Assembly (NCBI GenBank): GCA_031316235.1
Contig: JALDRA010000001.1
Coordinates: 2,280,001 to 2,312,000, forward strand
Length of the DNA: 32,000 nucleotides
Origin: Candidatus Scalindua sp.
Lineage (GTDB): Bacteria > Planctomycetota > Brocadiia > Brocadiales > Scalinduaceae
Direction of reading: 5' to 3'
Each line of letters starts with the position of its first letter. Position 1 is the first letter of the stretch. The position numbers were made by a program, and so were the translations under genes. Shown piece by piece: positions 8,584 to 17,488 of the stretch. Below the pieces are notes generated by a model. It ran no database searches, had not been told where the DNA came from, and worked only from the letters and a program-made list of their open reading frames with translations.

Positions 8584-8695
8584 ATCAGAAAATAATCCTG
8601 AGTAAACAATTGCATTTCCCCTCTGGTTTTCATAAGATTGCCTTGTCTCTGTATACAGAACTTTTTCGTGTTGTATTGTATCGGGAGGAGAAGCA

Positions 8696-11116
8696 GTGGC
8701 GTACATGAAAGCACTCAAACCGGAATCCTTATATCATTCCTGTGATCCGGACCAGTTTACCTTTGAGACAACAAACGATCTGGAGGATCTTCACGAAATA
8801 ATAGGACAGCCACGTGCTGTGGAAGCCGTGCAGTTCGGCTTAGGTATTGATCGGGAAGGATATAATATTTTTGCATTCGGACCTGCCGGTATTGGAAAAC
8901 ACACCTTTGTTCAGCAATTCCTGAAAAAAGAAGCTGCTTCCAGATCAACCCCTCCTGACTGGTGTTATGTGTGCAATTTTGAAGACCCGCAAAAACCCCG
9001 CGCATTGAGCCTGCCTCCAGGCAGGGGCATACAACTGAAAAAAGATATAGAACATTTGCTGGAAGAGTTACAGACAGTCATTCCCACCGCATTTCAAAGT
9101 GAGGAATACCGTACACGGAGGCAGGATATTGAGGATGAATTCAAGGAGAAGGAACAGCAGATAATTGAAAAACTTCAGCGCCGTGCAAAAGAAAAGGGTT
9201 TAAACGTCTTTCGCACCCCGGTTGGCGTGGCATTCGCACCATCACGAAACGGCAAGGTCCTGACTCCCGAAGAATTCCAGAAATTACCGGAAGAGGAACG
9301 ATTGCGCATAGAAAAGGAAGTGGATGCGCTCCAGAAGGAATCACAGGATATCTTTCAGCAGTTACCCCGCTGGGAAAACGAGATCCGAAACAAGCTGAGA
9401 GAGCTCAGCCGGGAAATTGCACGTTTTGTTGTCAGTAATCTCATCAATGAACTAAAGAAAACCTATGAAGATCTGGCTGAAGTTTTGCACTATCTGGAAG
9501 CTCTTCAGGAGGATATCATCGATAATATAAAGGATTTTCTTAAAAATGAGCCGTTTCAAAGAAGCCCGGAAGGTACAGCCGGTCAGCTTTCAAATGAAGC
9601 TCCATCATTGAGCGTTTATATGATAAATCTTCTGGTTGATCACAGTAACTCAAGCGGCGCATCGGTGGTGTATGAGGATCATCCCACCTACCAGAATCTG
9701 ATCGGAAGAGTGGAATATCTGTCAGAAATGGGAACCCTGCTTACCGATTTTTCCATGATAAAGGCTGGAGCACTTCACCGGGCCAATGGCGGATACCTTA
9801 TCCTCGATGCACAGAAAATATTGACGCAACCGTATGCCTGGGAAGGTCTGAAACGCGTATTAAGATCAAGACAGATCCGTATAGAATCACTGGGGCAGAT
9901 GTTCAGCCTGATCAGTACTGTCTCCCTTGAACCGGAACCAATACCCCTTACCATAAAAGTGGTTCTTGTTGGCAGCCCCATGCTCTATTATCTGCTCTGC
10001 AGATACGACCCTGAATTCAATAAACTGTTTAAGGTTGCGGCTGATTTTGATGATCAGATGAGCCGCAATCAGGAACATCAGCAGCTCTATGCCCGGCTCA
10101 TCGGAACTCTCGTCAGAAAGGAGGCACTGTGCCCTTTTGACCGGACTGCCGTTGCGCGGGTCATCGAACAAAGTTCCCGATTGAAAGGTGACAACGAAAA
10201 ACTCACGACCCGGTTTCAAAGTATCGCCGATCTGCTTCGCGAGTCAGACTACTATACAAAACAGAGCAATAAAGCTGTTGTCACTGCTGTTGAAGTACAA
10301 AAAGCAATTGATACCAGGCTGTACCGTTCCGGGAGATTGAGAGAACGACTTCATGAAGAAATAGTACGGAACACTATCCTGATTGATACCGGCGGGGAAA
10401 TGATTGGTCAGGTAAACGGGATTTCCGTGATACAACTGGGTGACTTTGCATTCGGAAGCCCCAGTCGTATCACGGCCAGAGTGCGCGTTGGCAAGGGTGA
10501 AGTAATTAATATTGAGCGGGAGGTGAAACTCAGCGGCCCGATCCATTCCAAGGGGGTATTGATCCTTTCAGGCTTCCTGGGAGGGAGGTATGCAAAAGAA
10601 CACCCGTTTTCCCTCACTGTGAGCCTGGTCTTTGAGCAGTCTTACGGTGGAGTGGAAGGAGACAGTGCATCATCTGCTGAACTGTATGTAATACTCTCTG
10701 CCATTGCAGACATCCCTCTCAAGCAGTCCCTTGCTGTCACGGGATCGGTAAACCAGCACGGACAGATACAGGCTATCGGCAGAGTAAACGAAAAGATCGA
10801 AGGTTTTTTTGATATCTGCAGGGCCAAAGGACTGAACGGGGAACAGGGTGTGCTTATACCAGGTTCCAATGTGAAACACCTCATGCTGAGAAGGGATGTC
10901 GTCGATGCCGTTACCGAGGGGCTGTTTCATATTTACCCTGTTGAAACCATTGATCAGGGGATAGAAATTCTTACCGGAATACCTGCCGGCACACCTGATA
11001 CTTCGGGAAAGTATCCTGAGGGAACGGTAAACGGTCTGGTTAAAACAGAACTTGAAGAACTGGCAGAAAAACGATCGGTTTTTCTTGCCTCCGAAGAAGA
11101 AAAGAAGAATAGATGA
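8696..11116 (+). CDS. Lon-like (LonC-type) protease: degenerate AAA-like domain with helical insertion plus S16 Lon protease domain
   Basis: 806-aa ORF. GGGAGGAG at 8683-8690; the start is GTG 8696 or ATG 8705. P-loop-like GPAGIGKHT (His at the S/T position) and Walker-B-like GGYLILDAQ (no acidic residue after the Asp). Long charged helical insert (aa ~130-290). Lon protease Ser motif GVEGDSASSAE and downstream Lys (IGRVNEKIEGFF). Confidence 0.9.
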   Translation: MAYMKALKPESLYHSCDPDQFTFETTNDLEDLHEIIGQPRAVEAVQFGLGIDREGYNIFAFGPAGIGKHTFVQQFLKKEAASRSTPPDWCYVCNFEDPQKPRALSLPPGRGIQLKKDIEHLLEELQTVIPTAFQSEEYRTRRQDIEDEFKEKEQQIIEKLQRRAKEKGLNVFRTPVGVAFAPSRNGKVLTPEEFQKLPEEERLRIEKEVDALQKESQDIFQQLPRWENEIRNKLRELSREIARFVVSNLINELKKTYEDLAEVLHYLEALQEDIIDNIKDFLKNEPFQRSPEGTAGQLSNEAPSLSVYMINLLVDHSNSSGASVVYEDHPTYQNLIGRVEYLSEMGTLLTDFSMIKAGALHRANGGYLILDAQKILTQPYAWEGLKRVLRSRQIRIESLGQMFSLISTVSLEPEPIPLTIKVVLVGSPMLYYLLCRYDPEFNKLFKVAADFDDQMSRNQEHQQLYARLIGTLVRKEALCPFDRTAVARVIEQSSRLKGDNEKLTTRFQSIADLLRESDYYTKQSNKAVVTAVEVQKAIDTRLYRSGRLRERLHEEIVRNTILIDTGGEMIGQVNGISVIQLGDFAFGSPSRITARVRVGKGEVINIEREVKLSGPIHSKGVLILSGFLGGRYAKEHPFSLTVSLVFEQSYGGVEGDSASSAELYVILSAIADIPLKQSLAVTGSVNQHGQIQAIGRVNEKIEGFFDICRAKGLNGEQGVLIPGSNVKHLMLRRDVVDAVTEGLFHIYPVETIDQGIEILTGIPAGTPDTSGKYPEGTVNGLVKTELEELAEKRSVFLASEEEKKNR

Positions 11117-11961
11117 ACAGTAAAGAACTCGAACGAACTATTCGGCACATACTGGTGGCCCTGGATGGCTCACCGCATAGCCTGGCTGCTTTGGAAGCAG
11201 CGGCCGACATGGCGGCGTATCTTAATGCAGGGTTATCCGGGATCTTTATTGAGGACATAAACTTACTCAACCTGGCTGATCTGTCTTTTATAAAACAGGT
11301 AGATACTTTTTCTGCTTCCCTCAGGCCTATTGACCGACAGCATATCAGCCGCCAATTCCGTATGCAGGCAATACGTGCCAGAAATGCGTTGGAACAGGTT
11401 GCAGACCGTACCCATATACAATGGTCATTTCGTGTTATCCGGGGACATGTAACTGCTGAAATAATGGCAGCAGCCTCAGAAGCAGACATCGTTATCCTGG
11501 GAAAGGCAGGGTGGTCTCCCACCAGGGAGAAACGATTGGGAACGACTGCACAGAAAATCCTTTCAGAAGCGCCTTGCCTGACGATGGTCCTTCAACACGG
11601 TATCCGTCTTGAATTACGTCTCATGGTTTTATTTGATAAATCAGGGGACGCACAAAAGGCGCTTGGTGTCGCTGCGCAGCTCCTGCAGGGCAAGGCCGGA
11701 CAATTAACGGTCCTTCTGTCTGTGGAGGAAGAAGCCGCTCTTCAGGAAACACACGCGCAGATTGATACCTTTTTACAGGAATACGATCTGCAGGCACACT
11801 ATTACACGTTGACTGATATAAACGCTCAGAAGCTGGCTTCTCTGGTAGACAGAGAAAAAATCGGGGTATTACTCCTGCCCGGGTCGAGTCGTCTGCTTAA
11901 GGAGGAATCACTTCAGGCACTGTTAAGACAGGCAGAGTGCCCGGTCTTAATAGTTCGGTAA
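11113..11961 (+). CDS. Universal stress protein family, tandem Usp domains
   Basis: 282-aa ORF whose ATG overlaps the Lon stop by 4 bp (ATGA). Usp-type N-terminus HILVALDGSPHSLAALEAAADMA and C-terminal PVLIVR. A second Usp-like half includes VLFDKSGDAQKAL. Confidence 0.82.
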   Translation: MNSKELERTIRHILVALDGSPHSLAALEAAADMAAYLNAGLSGIFIEDINLLNLADLSFIKQVDTFSASLRPIDRQHISRQFRMQAIRARNALEQVADRTHIQWSFRVIRGHVTAEIMAAASEADIVILGKAGWSPTREKRLGTTAQKILSEAPCLTMVLQHGIRLELRLMVLFDKSGDAQKALGVAAQLLQGKAGQLTVLLSVEEEAALQETHAQIDTFLQEYDLQAHYYTLTDINAQKLASLVDREKIGVLLLPGSSRLLKEESLQALLRQAECPVLIVR

Positions 11962-11992
11962 GAAAACATTTCAGGAAGAATAAAGAAATGCC

Positions 11993-13057
11993 ATGTTTAA
12001 ACACATAAAAAAGAGACGCAAAAAAGCCGGTTCTCCACCGGGAACGCTTATCCATGTTGGAGAAACGAAAGCGGAAACGGTAAGGATCACGGTCATTGAT
12101 TATGACGGAGAGTCTTATAGAGAAAGAGAGATACAGCGGATCGAAGATTGCTTCAAATTGAAAGAGACATCAACGGTAACCTGGATTAACATAAGCGGTC
12201 TTCATCAAATAGAGATCGTAGAGAAGATGGGGAAACATTTCGAATTGCACCCGCTCCTCCTTGAAGATGTGTTAAATACGAGTCAACGTCCCAAGATAGA
12301 AGATTTTGGCGAATACCTGTTTATTGTCATGAGAATGTTTTTTTGTAACGAAGTAAAAAACGAAATAGAAACGGAACAGGTAAGTTTTTTCGTTGGCCCA
12401 CAATACGTGATCTCTTTTCAGGAAAAAGAGGGAGATGTCTTCGGTCCTGTACGGGAGCGGATCAGGAACGGGAAAGGGAGAATACGGAAGTGTAGCACCG
12501 ATTATCTTGTGTACACATTAATTGATGCAATCGTTGATCATTATTTTATTATCCTTGAAAAAACAGGGGAAAAAATTGACCGTCTGGAGGAAGAGGTACT
12601 GACAAACGCAACATCGGAAACCTTACAGGCCATTCACACCCTAAAAAGAGAGATGATTTTTATGCGAAAGTCCGTGTGGCCGTTGAGAGAGGTCATCGGT
12701 ACCTTTGAAAGAACTGAATCTCCACTGGTCAGAGAGACGACAACCATATACCTCAGGGATGTTTACGACCATACCATTCAAATAATTGACACAATTGAAA
12801 CCTTTCGGGATGTGATTTCAGGAATGCTTGATGTGTATCTTTCAAGTATCAGTAACAAGATGAATGAAGTAATGAAGATTCTCACCCTTATTGCCACCAT
12901 ATTTATTCCTCTGACTTTTATCGCAGGCATTTACGGTATGAATTTTAAATACATGCCAGAACTTGAGTGGAAGTGGGGATATTTCTCCATCTGGCTGTTA
13001 ATGTTGATCGTAGGCATCACTATGGGGCTGTACTTTAAAAGAAAAAAATGGTTATAA
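11993..13057 (+). CDS. corA: CorA magnesium/cobalt transporter
   Basis: 354 aa. YGMNF signature (GIYGMNFKYMPE) followed by a second C-terminal TM helix and a basic tail. Lies 31 nt after usp. Confidence 0.93.
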   Translation: MFKHIKKRRKKAGSPPGTLIHVGETKAETVRITVIDYDGESYREREIQRIEDCFKLKETSTVTWINISGLHQIEIVEKMGKHFELHPLLLEDVLNTSQRPKIEDFGEYLFIVMRMFFCNEVKNEIETEQVSFFVGPQYVISFQEKEGDVFGPVRERIRNGKGRIRKCSTDYLVYTLIDAIVDHYFIILEKTGEKIDRLEEEVLTNATSETLQAIHTLKREMIFMRKSVWPLREVIGTFERTESPLVRETTTIYLRDVYDHTIQIIDTIETFRDVISGMLDVYLSSISNKMNEVMKILTLIATIFIPLTFIAGIYGMNFKYMPELEWKWGYFSIWLLMLIVGITMGLYFKRKKWL

Positions 13058-13086
13058 AAGAAAAAGTATCTGTGAATAGTTACTAA

Positions 13087-13281
13087 CATCCAGGGCCTCA
13101 GGACCAACACCTGAAAAAGAAACCAGGTAATACCTTTGTTGCTGTGCGGTATCGGGAAACGTGGTTTTATATCGCGGATAATGATCTGGATTCAAAATCA
13201 ACCTTTTTGCTTCTGAAGCAGCTATTCAGTCTCCAGTCCGGCCAGACAAAGTATATAGGTCCATCGCTAACCTGCCTGTAA
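13087..13281 (+). pseudogene. Possible C-terminal gene remnant (no start codon)
   Basis: Open frame bounded by TAA 13084 and TAA 13279 with no ATG/GTG/TTG and no RBS. The translation ...FVAVRYRETWFYIADNDLDSKSTFLLLKQLFSLQSGQTKYIGPSLTCL* looks like a real protein C-terminus. It sits in the convergent gap between corA and the glycosyltransferase. Confidence 0.3.
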
Positions 13282-13374
13282 CCAATCAGTGTTTCCGTAC
13301 AAAAACGAATCAGTCATACCCGTTGCAAAAGGGGCTTTGCACCGGGAGGGCAGAAATAATGGATCAGGTTCGCC

Positions 13375-14634
13375 TTATTCCCACGCTTCATATTTTTTGA
13401 TCAACGCAGACTTTCTGTCTTCAAATACTTTTGCCTGGTTTTCTACGACCTTTTCCGCCTCTTTGGAGTCCAGGTCTGCAACCTCATGACAATATGCTGA
13501 GGTCCTGCCGAAATAAAGTGGAACCATGATGTCTACAAGTTTTTTCCTGTTTCTGCTCCATGTCTGATAGGTAAAGGCAAAATTATACAATATCTTGGCC
13601 CATAAATCAGCAGGAAATACGACCTCTCCGGTTTTTTTCAATTTACGGACATTCTTAGCGAGCTGAATATATGGTTCGGGCTCTATGATCTGTTTATATA
13701 AGGGATCGAAATGAGAAAAACCTTCTAAAAATTCGATATCAAGTTTGCTGAAATTTACCGACACAGGTTCTATCTTGGCAATCATATCAGGGGTTCCAAT
13801 TGTATCTACCGGAGTGCTTCCCTTTATAGCCTTCCATTTTGTCTCGTATTTACCCATAAGATAGAACAGGGTGCTGACTACCTGACGAAACATCGGTGCT
13901 AAATGCTCTGCCGGGTCTTTTGCATCATGCACCTTTGTTCCAAGATGCGCCTGTACAACCTTCAGTCCGGTGTTTATGGCTGTAGTGCTCATCCATACGT
14001 CTATACCGAATTTAGCGACGTCTGTATTCCAAACATCTTCTTTTGTGTAAAGAACGGCAATTTCACCGCTAAAACCAAAATCACCGCCTATAGGCTGTCT
14101 TATTCTCAGCCCATAGAGTGCCCGTGTCATCGGGTAAACGATATTATTTGTAATGGTACCGTCATTTTTATGTCTTATATAATAGGGAGCTACAAATCCG
14201 GCATGCTTCTTGATAATTGGTTCGGCAAGCAGTTTTATCCATTCAGGGGTAATGCTTCTTAAATCAGAGTCTACCACTACACAGCAGTCAGCTTTTAAAT
14301 GCATCGCAACTTCAAATACTGCTCTGAATGAGGTACCCTTTCCCGGTGTACCACGATATATGGTAACCCTTCTCTGGGTCCCTTCTGGAACAGGTGCCGA
14401 ATAGGCCTTTTCCCGGGTATCGTCGGTAGACCCTCCATCGGATATGAATAGAGCACTTTTTTTATCAGGAAAATAGGTCCTTAATCCTTCTGCCGCAGTT
14501 GATACTACATGAGCTATTGTATCTTCGTTATTATAACAGGGAATACCTACGAGGATATCGACATCCTGTATCTCTTTTGTCCATTCATGAACATTTTCAC
14601 GGATAGCACTTGCATATCTTTTCTTTGTTTCCAT
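13375..14634 (-). CDS. GT-A fold glycosyltransferase, glycosylglycerate-synthase-like (GT2/GT78/GT81-like)
   Basis: The ORF track begins at TTG 14679. ATG 14634 (METKK...) is preceded by GGAG at an 8-nt spacing. Motifs: ILVGIPCYNNEDTI, ISDGGSTDDT, PGKG, DxD (VVVDSDL), DGTITNNIV, QPIGGDFG, FGIDVW. These resemble my memory of mannosylglycerate / glucosyl-3-phosphoglycerate synthases. Confidence 0.85.
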   Translation of the reverse strand: METKKRYASAIRENVHEWTKEIQDVDILVGIPCYNNEDTIAHVVSTAAEGLRTYFPDKKSALFISDGGSTDDTREKAYSAPVPEGTQRRVTIYRGTPGKGTSFRAVFEVAMHLKADCCVVVDSDLRSITPEWIKLLAEPIIKKHAGFVAPYYIRHKNDGTITNNIVYPMTRALYGLRIRQPIGGDFGFSGEIAVLYTKEDVWNTDVAKFGIDVWMSTTAINTGLKVVQAHLGTKVHDAKDPAEHLAPMFRQVVSTLFYLMGKYETKWKAIKGSTPVDTIGTPDMIAKIEPVSVNFSKLDIEFLEGFSHFDPLYKQIIEPEPYIQLAKNVRKLKKTGEVVFPADLWAKILYNFAFTYQTWSRNRKKLVDIMVPLYFGRTSAYCHEVADLDSKEAEKVVENQAKVFEDRKSALIKKYEAWE

Positions 14635-14740
14635 GTCCTTATCTCCGAAATTCTTCTTTACTGCTGATATACATATCAATAAAACAGTTTCCCGTTTTCA
14701 GTAACCAATAATTTTGTAATTCAGACTGAGTGATTTGCCC

Positions 14741-16171
14741 TTAAGAACGCAGAATATTCATCCCTCTTCTGCAGATCTCTTTGGCATATTCAGTCCATAT
14801 GCCACTTCCCCAGTATCTGTAGCAGCTTGTTTGTGAAACCAGTAAATGCAACAGTGCTTCTCTGTATGGAGTTTCATTCATATCAATATCCGGTCTGTCA
14901 AATCGCCTGTGAAATTCACCACTCAATGTATTGATAGGATCAAGGACATCACCATAGCCTTCAACCCAGCTGATATCGTTTGTCCAGGACGCTTTATCCA
15001 GGGCAAAGTTGGAATCATTCTCCCTGATTTTATTGATAGCCTTATCAGCGGCACCGGGGCAGAACTCATCCATACATTCCCAGATCCTGTGCTGTGATAT
15101 CGGCTGAAGGGGCAGAAAATCGTTATCACTCAAACCTGTCCCCCTTACAAACTCCAGGTATTCAGACCCATTCATTGCTACCACACCTTCAGTTCCCAGT
15201 TCGTGGCAGGTTTTTTTATATGCGTCAGGAAACTCATTCATCATAACTCCGCCATTTTCCCCATCTCCTATCTGGAGGACATAGGGAATAACCGCTTTTC
15301 CGCAGTATTCTTCCCGTCTTTTTGTCTGCGCTTCATAATAAGGCTGCATCTGCGCAACCAGTTTAGTATCAGAACCCTGAGTCTTTATAAGAACGGTGAT
15401 CTCCTGAGTTTCTCCCCGTGAATTCTTCGCCACAAGCATGTGAGGTACATACGGTCTCTTAAGGCTGCTGCCATCCATATTCTCTACCGTATGCTCCTGA
15501 ACCATGAGCCATTCATATCCGCACTCTCTTAATGCCTTTACATACTCATAACAGACATCCGGATGAACCGGAAGATTCATCTCGGGAGCAGAAAAACCTT
15601 TTACCCTGCCAAGCGCCTCAAGGCCGAAAATTGAAGCAAAATGTTCCTGCCATGCCCTGATATGCAGCTTGATATCCGGTATTGGAGTAGAAGAAACTAC
15701 CGCGTGAGACCACATGGTTCCCAGCCACTCTGCGTTCATATGATAGGTTTTATCGGTAGTTACCAGCTTGAGATTTTCCAATACATATTCTTTTCCCATC
15801 TGTTTCAGACCCCATAGAAGGTTTCCTGAGTAATCAAGCATGACACGGGGAGTTTTACCCTGATCACATAACTCCCTGATAAGATCAGATATCCGGGAGT
15901 AACACCACAGAAAAACAGGGGCATTATGGTTATCTCCCCTATGCTGGTTTTCCATCATAAACTGGAGGTTGGAAATCAGATCGGCTGAAGAGATGTCGTC
16001 ACGGGAACCGGGTATCGTCGGCTGGTGCATATGAAGTGCGATCCCGAAGGAAGATTGTACCTTATCAATATTCAAATCTGAGAGCGACACATAAAGATCA
16101 TCTCTTCTGGCGGAAGTTACCCGCTTTATCTTATCTTCGTTACCGCATATCGGGGGAAAATCTTTAATCAT
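14741..16171 (-). CDS. Glycoside hydrolase family 57 protein
   Basis: 476 aa with AAAGGAG upstream. GH57 conserved regions: HMHQP (region I), SAPEMN (nucleophile-Glu region) and GDGENGG (acid/base Asp region). Confidence 0.9.
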   Translation of the reverse strand: MIKDFPPICGNEDKIKRVTSARRDDLYVSLSDLNIDKVQSSFGIALHMHQPTIPGSRDDISSADLISNLQFMMENQHRGDNHNAPVFLWCYSRISDLIRELCDQGKTPRVMLDYSGNLLWGLKQMGKEYVLENLKLVTTDKTYHMNAEWLGTMWSHAVVSSTPIPDIKLHIRAWQEHFASIFGLEALGRVKGFSAPEMNLPVHPDVCYEYVKALRECGYEWLMVQEHTVENMDGSSLKRPYVPHMLVAKNSRGETQEITVLIKTQGSDTKLVAQMQPYYEAQTKRREEYCGKAVIPYVLQIGDGENGGVMMNEFPDAYKKTCHELGTEGVVAMNGSEYLEFVRGTGLSDNDFLPLQPISQHRIWECMDEFCPGAADKAINKIRENDSNFALDKASWTNDISWVEGYGDVLDPINTLSGEFHRRFDRPDIDMNETPYREALLHLLVSQTSCYRYWGSGIWTEYAKEICRRGMNILRS

Positions 16172-16236
16172 CGGGAGGTGCTCCTTTAAGAGGTAAAATA
16201 GTAACTTACAGACTCCTGGAAATCGCCCGGCAGATG

Positions 16237-16383
16237 TATACTCAAACCGATTTGGTTTCAGGTTTTTCTAAAAACTAAATCCTGGTTAATGGTATCCCCG
16301 GACAGATAGCGCCGAGGGCCTTACTCACCTGTGTTTTTCCCGGATTTTGTCCGAAAGCCTTTATAAGATAAAAATATTATATA
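16237..16383 (-). repeat. Modular hairpin repeat, degenerate expanded copy
   Basis: Starts TATACTCAAACCGAT. Contains the G module GGTATCCCCGGACAGATAGCGCCGAGGGCCTTACTC (16291-16326), then a decayed H1 (CCCGGATTTTGTCCGAAAG...TTATATA). Confidence 0.7.
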
Positions 16384-16396
16384 CGAAGATGAGAAG

Positions 16397-17017
16397 TTAT
16401 ACAACTTCGTTATTCATGCTATCTATCCGGAGCGATGATGGACTGATTATCCCGCCTGAGATAATCAGTTTAATGCAGTTCTCAACAGAAATACTGGTAT
16501 GCTGAATTGCATCTTCAGAAACAATCAGAAAGAATCCTGATGTGGGGTTCGGAGTTGTAGGAACAAATACCTTATAACATTTCTGTCCCTGTGTATCTTC
16601 TATGGAACCGGTAATGAAACCGAAAGTCCGAACTCCAGGCGTAGGGAACTCTATCAGTGCCACGGATTTGAACGTCACGCGGTTCTGGTCAACAAATGAG
16701 CTTACAACTTGTTTTGAAACTCCGTAAATTGTTTTTAAAAGAGGTATCTCCATAATGATGTTCTCTCCGAAAACGATTAATCGGCGTCCGATTATATGAG
16801 CAGTGATGAGTCCCAGCAGGTAAACAATAAGGATGAATATCACCAGTGAGATAAACCATAACAATATTGCAGGTGCATCGTCCCAATATTTGACTAATAT
16901 GGCCACCAGGTTGCCTGCCGAAATGTTCAGTAAAAATTTTAAAATAAAAAGGGTGATTCCGACAGGCAGGATAACAAATATTCCGGCAAGTAAGTGTTTG
17001 CGAAGGTGGTGTTTCAT
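16397..17017 (-). CDS. DUF502 family membrane protein
   Basis: The ORF track starts at TTG 17086. ATG 17017 (MKHHLRKHLLAGIFVILPVGITLFILKFLL) gives the typical DUF502 N-terminus. Two N-terminal TM helices followed by a soluble beta-rich domain. Confidence 0.78.
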   Translation of the reverse strand: MKHHLRKHLLAGIFVILPVGITLFILKFLLNISAGNLVAILVKYWDDAPAILLWFISLVIFILIVYLLGLITAHIIGRRLIVFGENIIMEIPLLKTIYGVSKQVVSSFVDQNRVTFKSVALIEFPTPGVRTFGFITGSIEDTQGQKCYKVFVPTTPNPTSGFFLIVSEDAIQHTSISVENCIKLIISGGIISPSSLRIDSMNNEVV

Positions 17018-17245
17018 AATAATTAAAGCCTTACATGTTCCATCTGTTTTTTTAAGCCGATCTGGCTCAAATCTCTGTAGAGGCAATCGATAATCGTAAA
17101 ATTACCTTCTCATTTTGTACAGTATTTTCTTGTAAACTAAAGTACTCTTATACATAATTTGTTGATCTGCTCAAAGTCTACGTGGATAATCGTACCGTGT
17201 CAAAACAAAATTAAGTTTTCAGTTCTCTGAAATTGTGAGAAGCTC

Positions 17246-17264
17246 TTATCCTGAGTCAGGATAA
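17246..17264. promoter_or_regulatory. 19-bp perfect palindrome in a divergent promoter region (candidate operator)
   Basis: TTATCCTGA-G-TCAGGATAA. Lies between the divergently oriented DUF502 gene (start 17017) and the MFS gene (start 17489), 68 nt upstream of the repeat copy. Confidence 0.3.
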
Positions 17265-17331
17265 AATTGTTTCCGTTCTGCAAAGTTCCGATTTATCTGT
17301 TCCCTGCTGAAGACTTTCGAATACGATATGT

Positions 17332-17443
17332 TATACTCATCTCATACTGGATTTCGGATAAAATCCGAGATAAAATTGAGCGAGTATACCTTCACCAAGA
17401 TCTGGTTTCCGGTAAAACCGAAAACCAGATCGGTTTTAGTATA
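17332..17443 (+). repeat. Modular hairpin repeat, full copy (H1+H2), 112 bp; best reference copy
   Basis: TATACTCATCTCATACTGGATTTCGGATAAAATCCGAGATAAAATTGAGCGAGTATACCTTCACCAAGATCTGGTTTCCGGTAAAACCGAAAACCAGATCGGTTTTAGTATA. H1 and H2 each fold as an imperfect hairpin. Termini are TATACT/AGTATA. Confidence 0.93.
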
Positions 17444-17488
17444 AACACTCCTTCGGATCATTGATTATTCTGAGAAGGATTTGGGAAA

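Noticed and set aside
8696-11116. Lon-like protease as BrxL of a BREX system, or as another defence-island component.
   Set aside because: No PglX/PglZ/BrxA-C-type genes or any other defence genes flank it. The neighbours are LOG, Usp and CorA. Its architecture fits the stand-alone LonC-like family.
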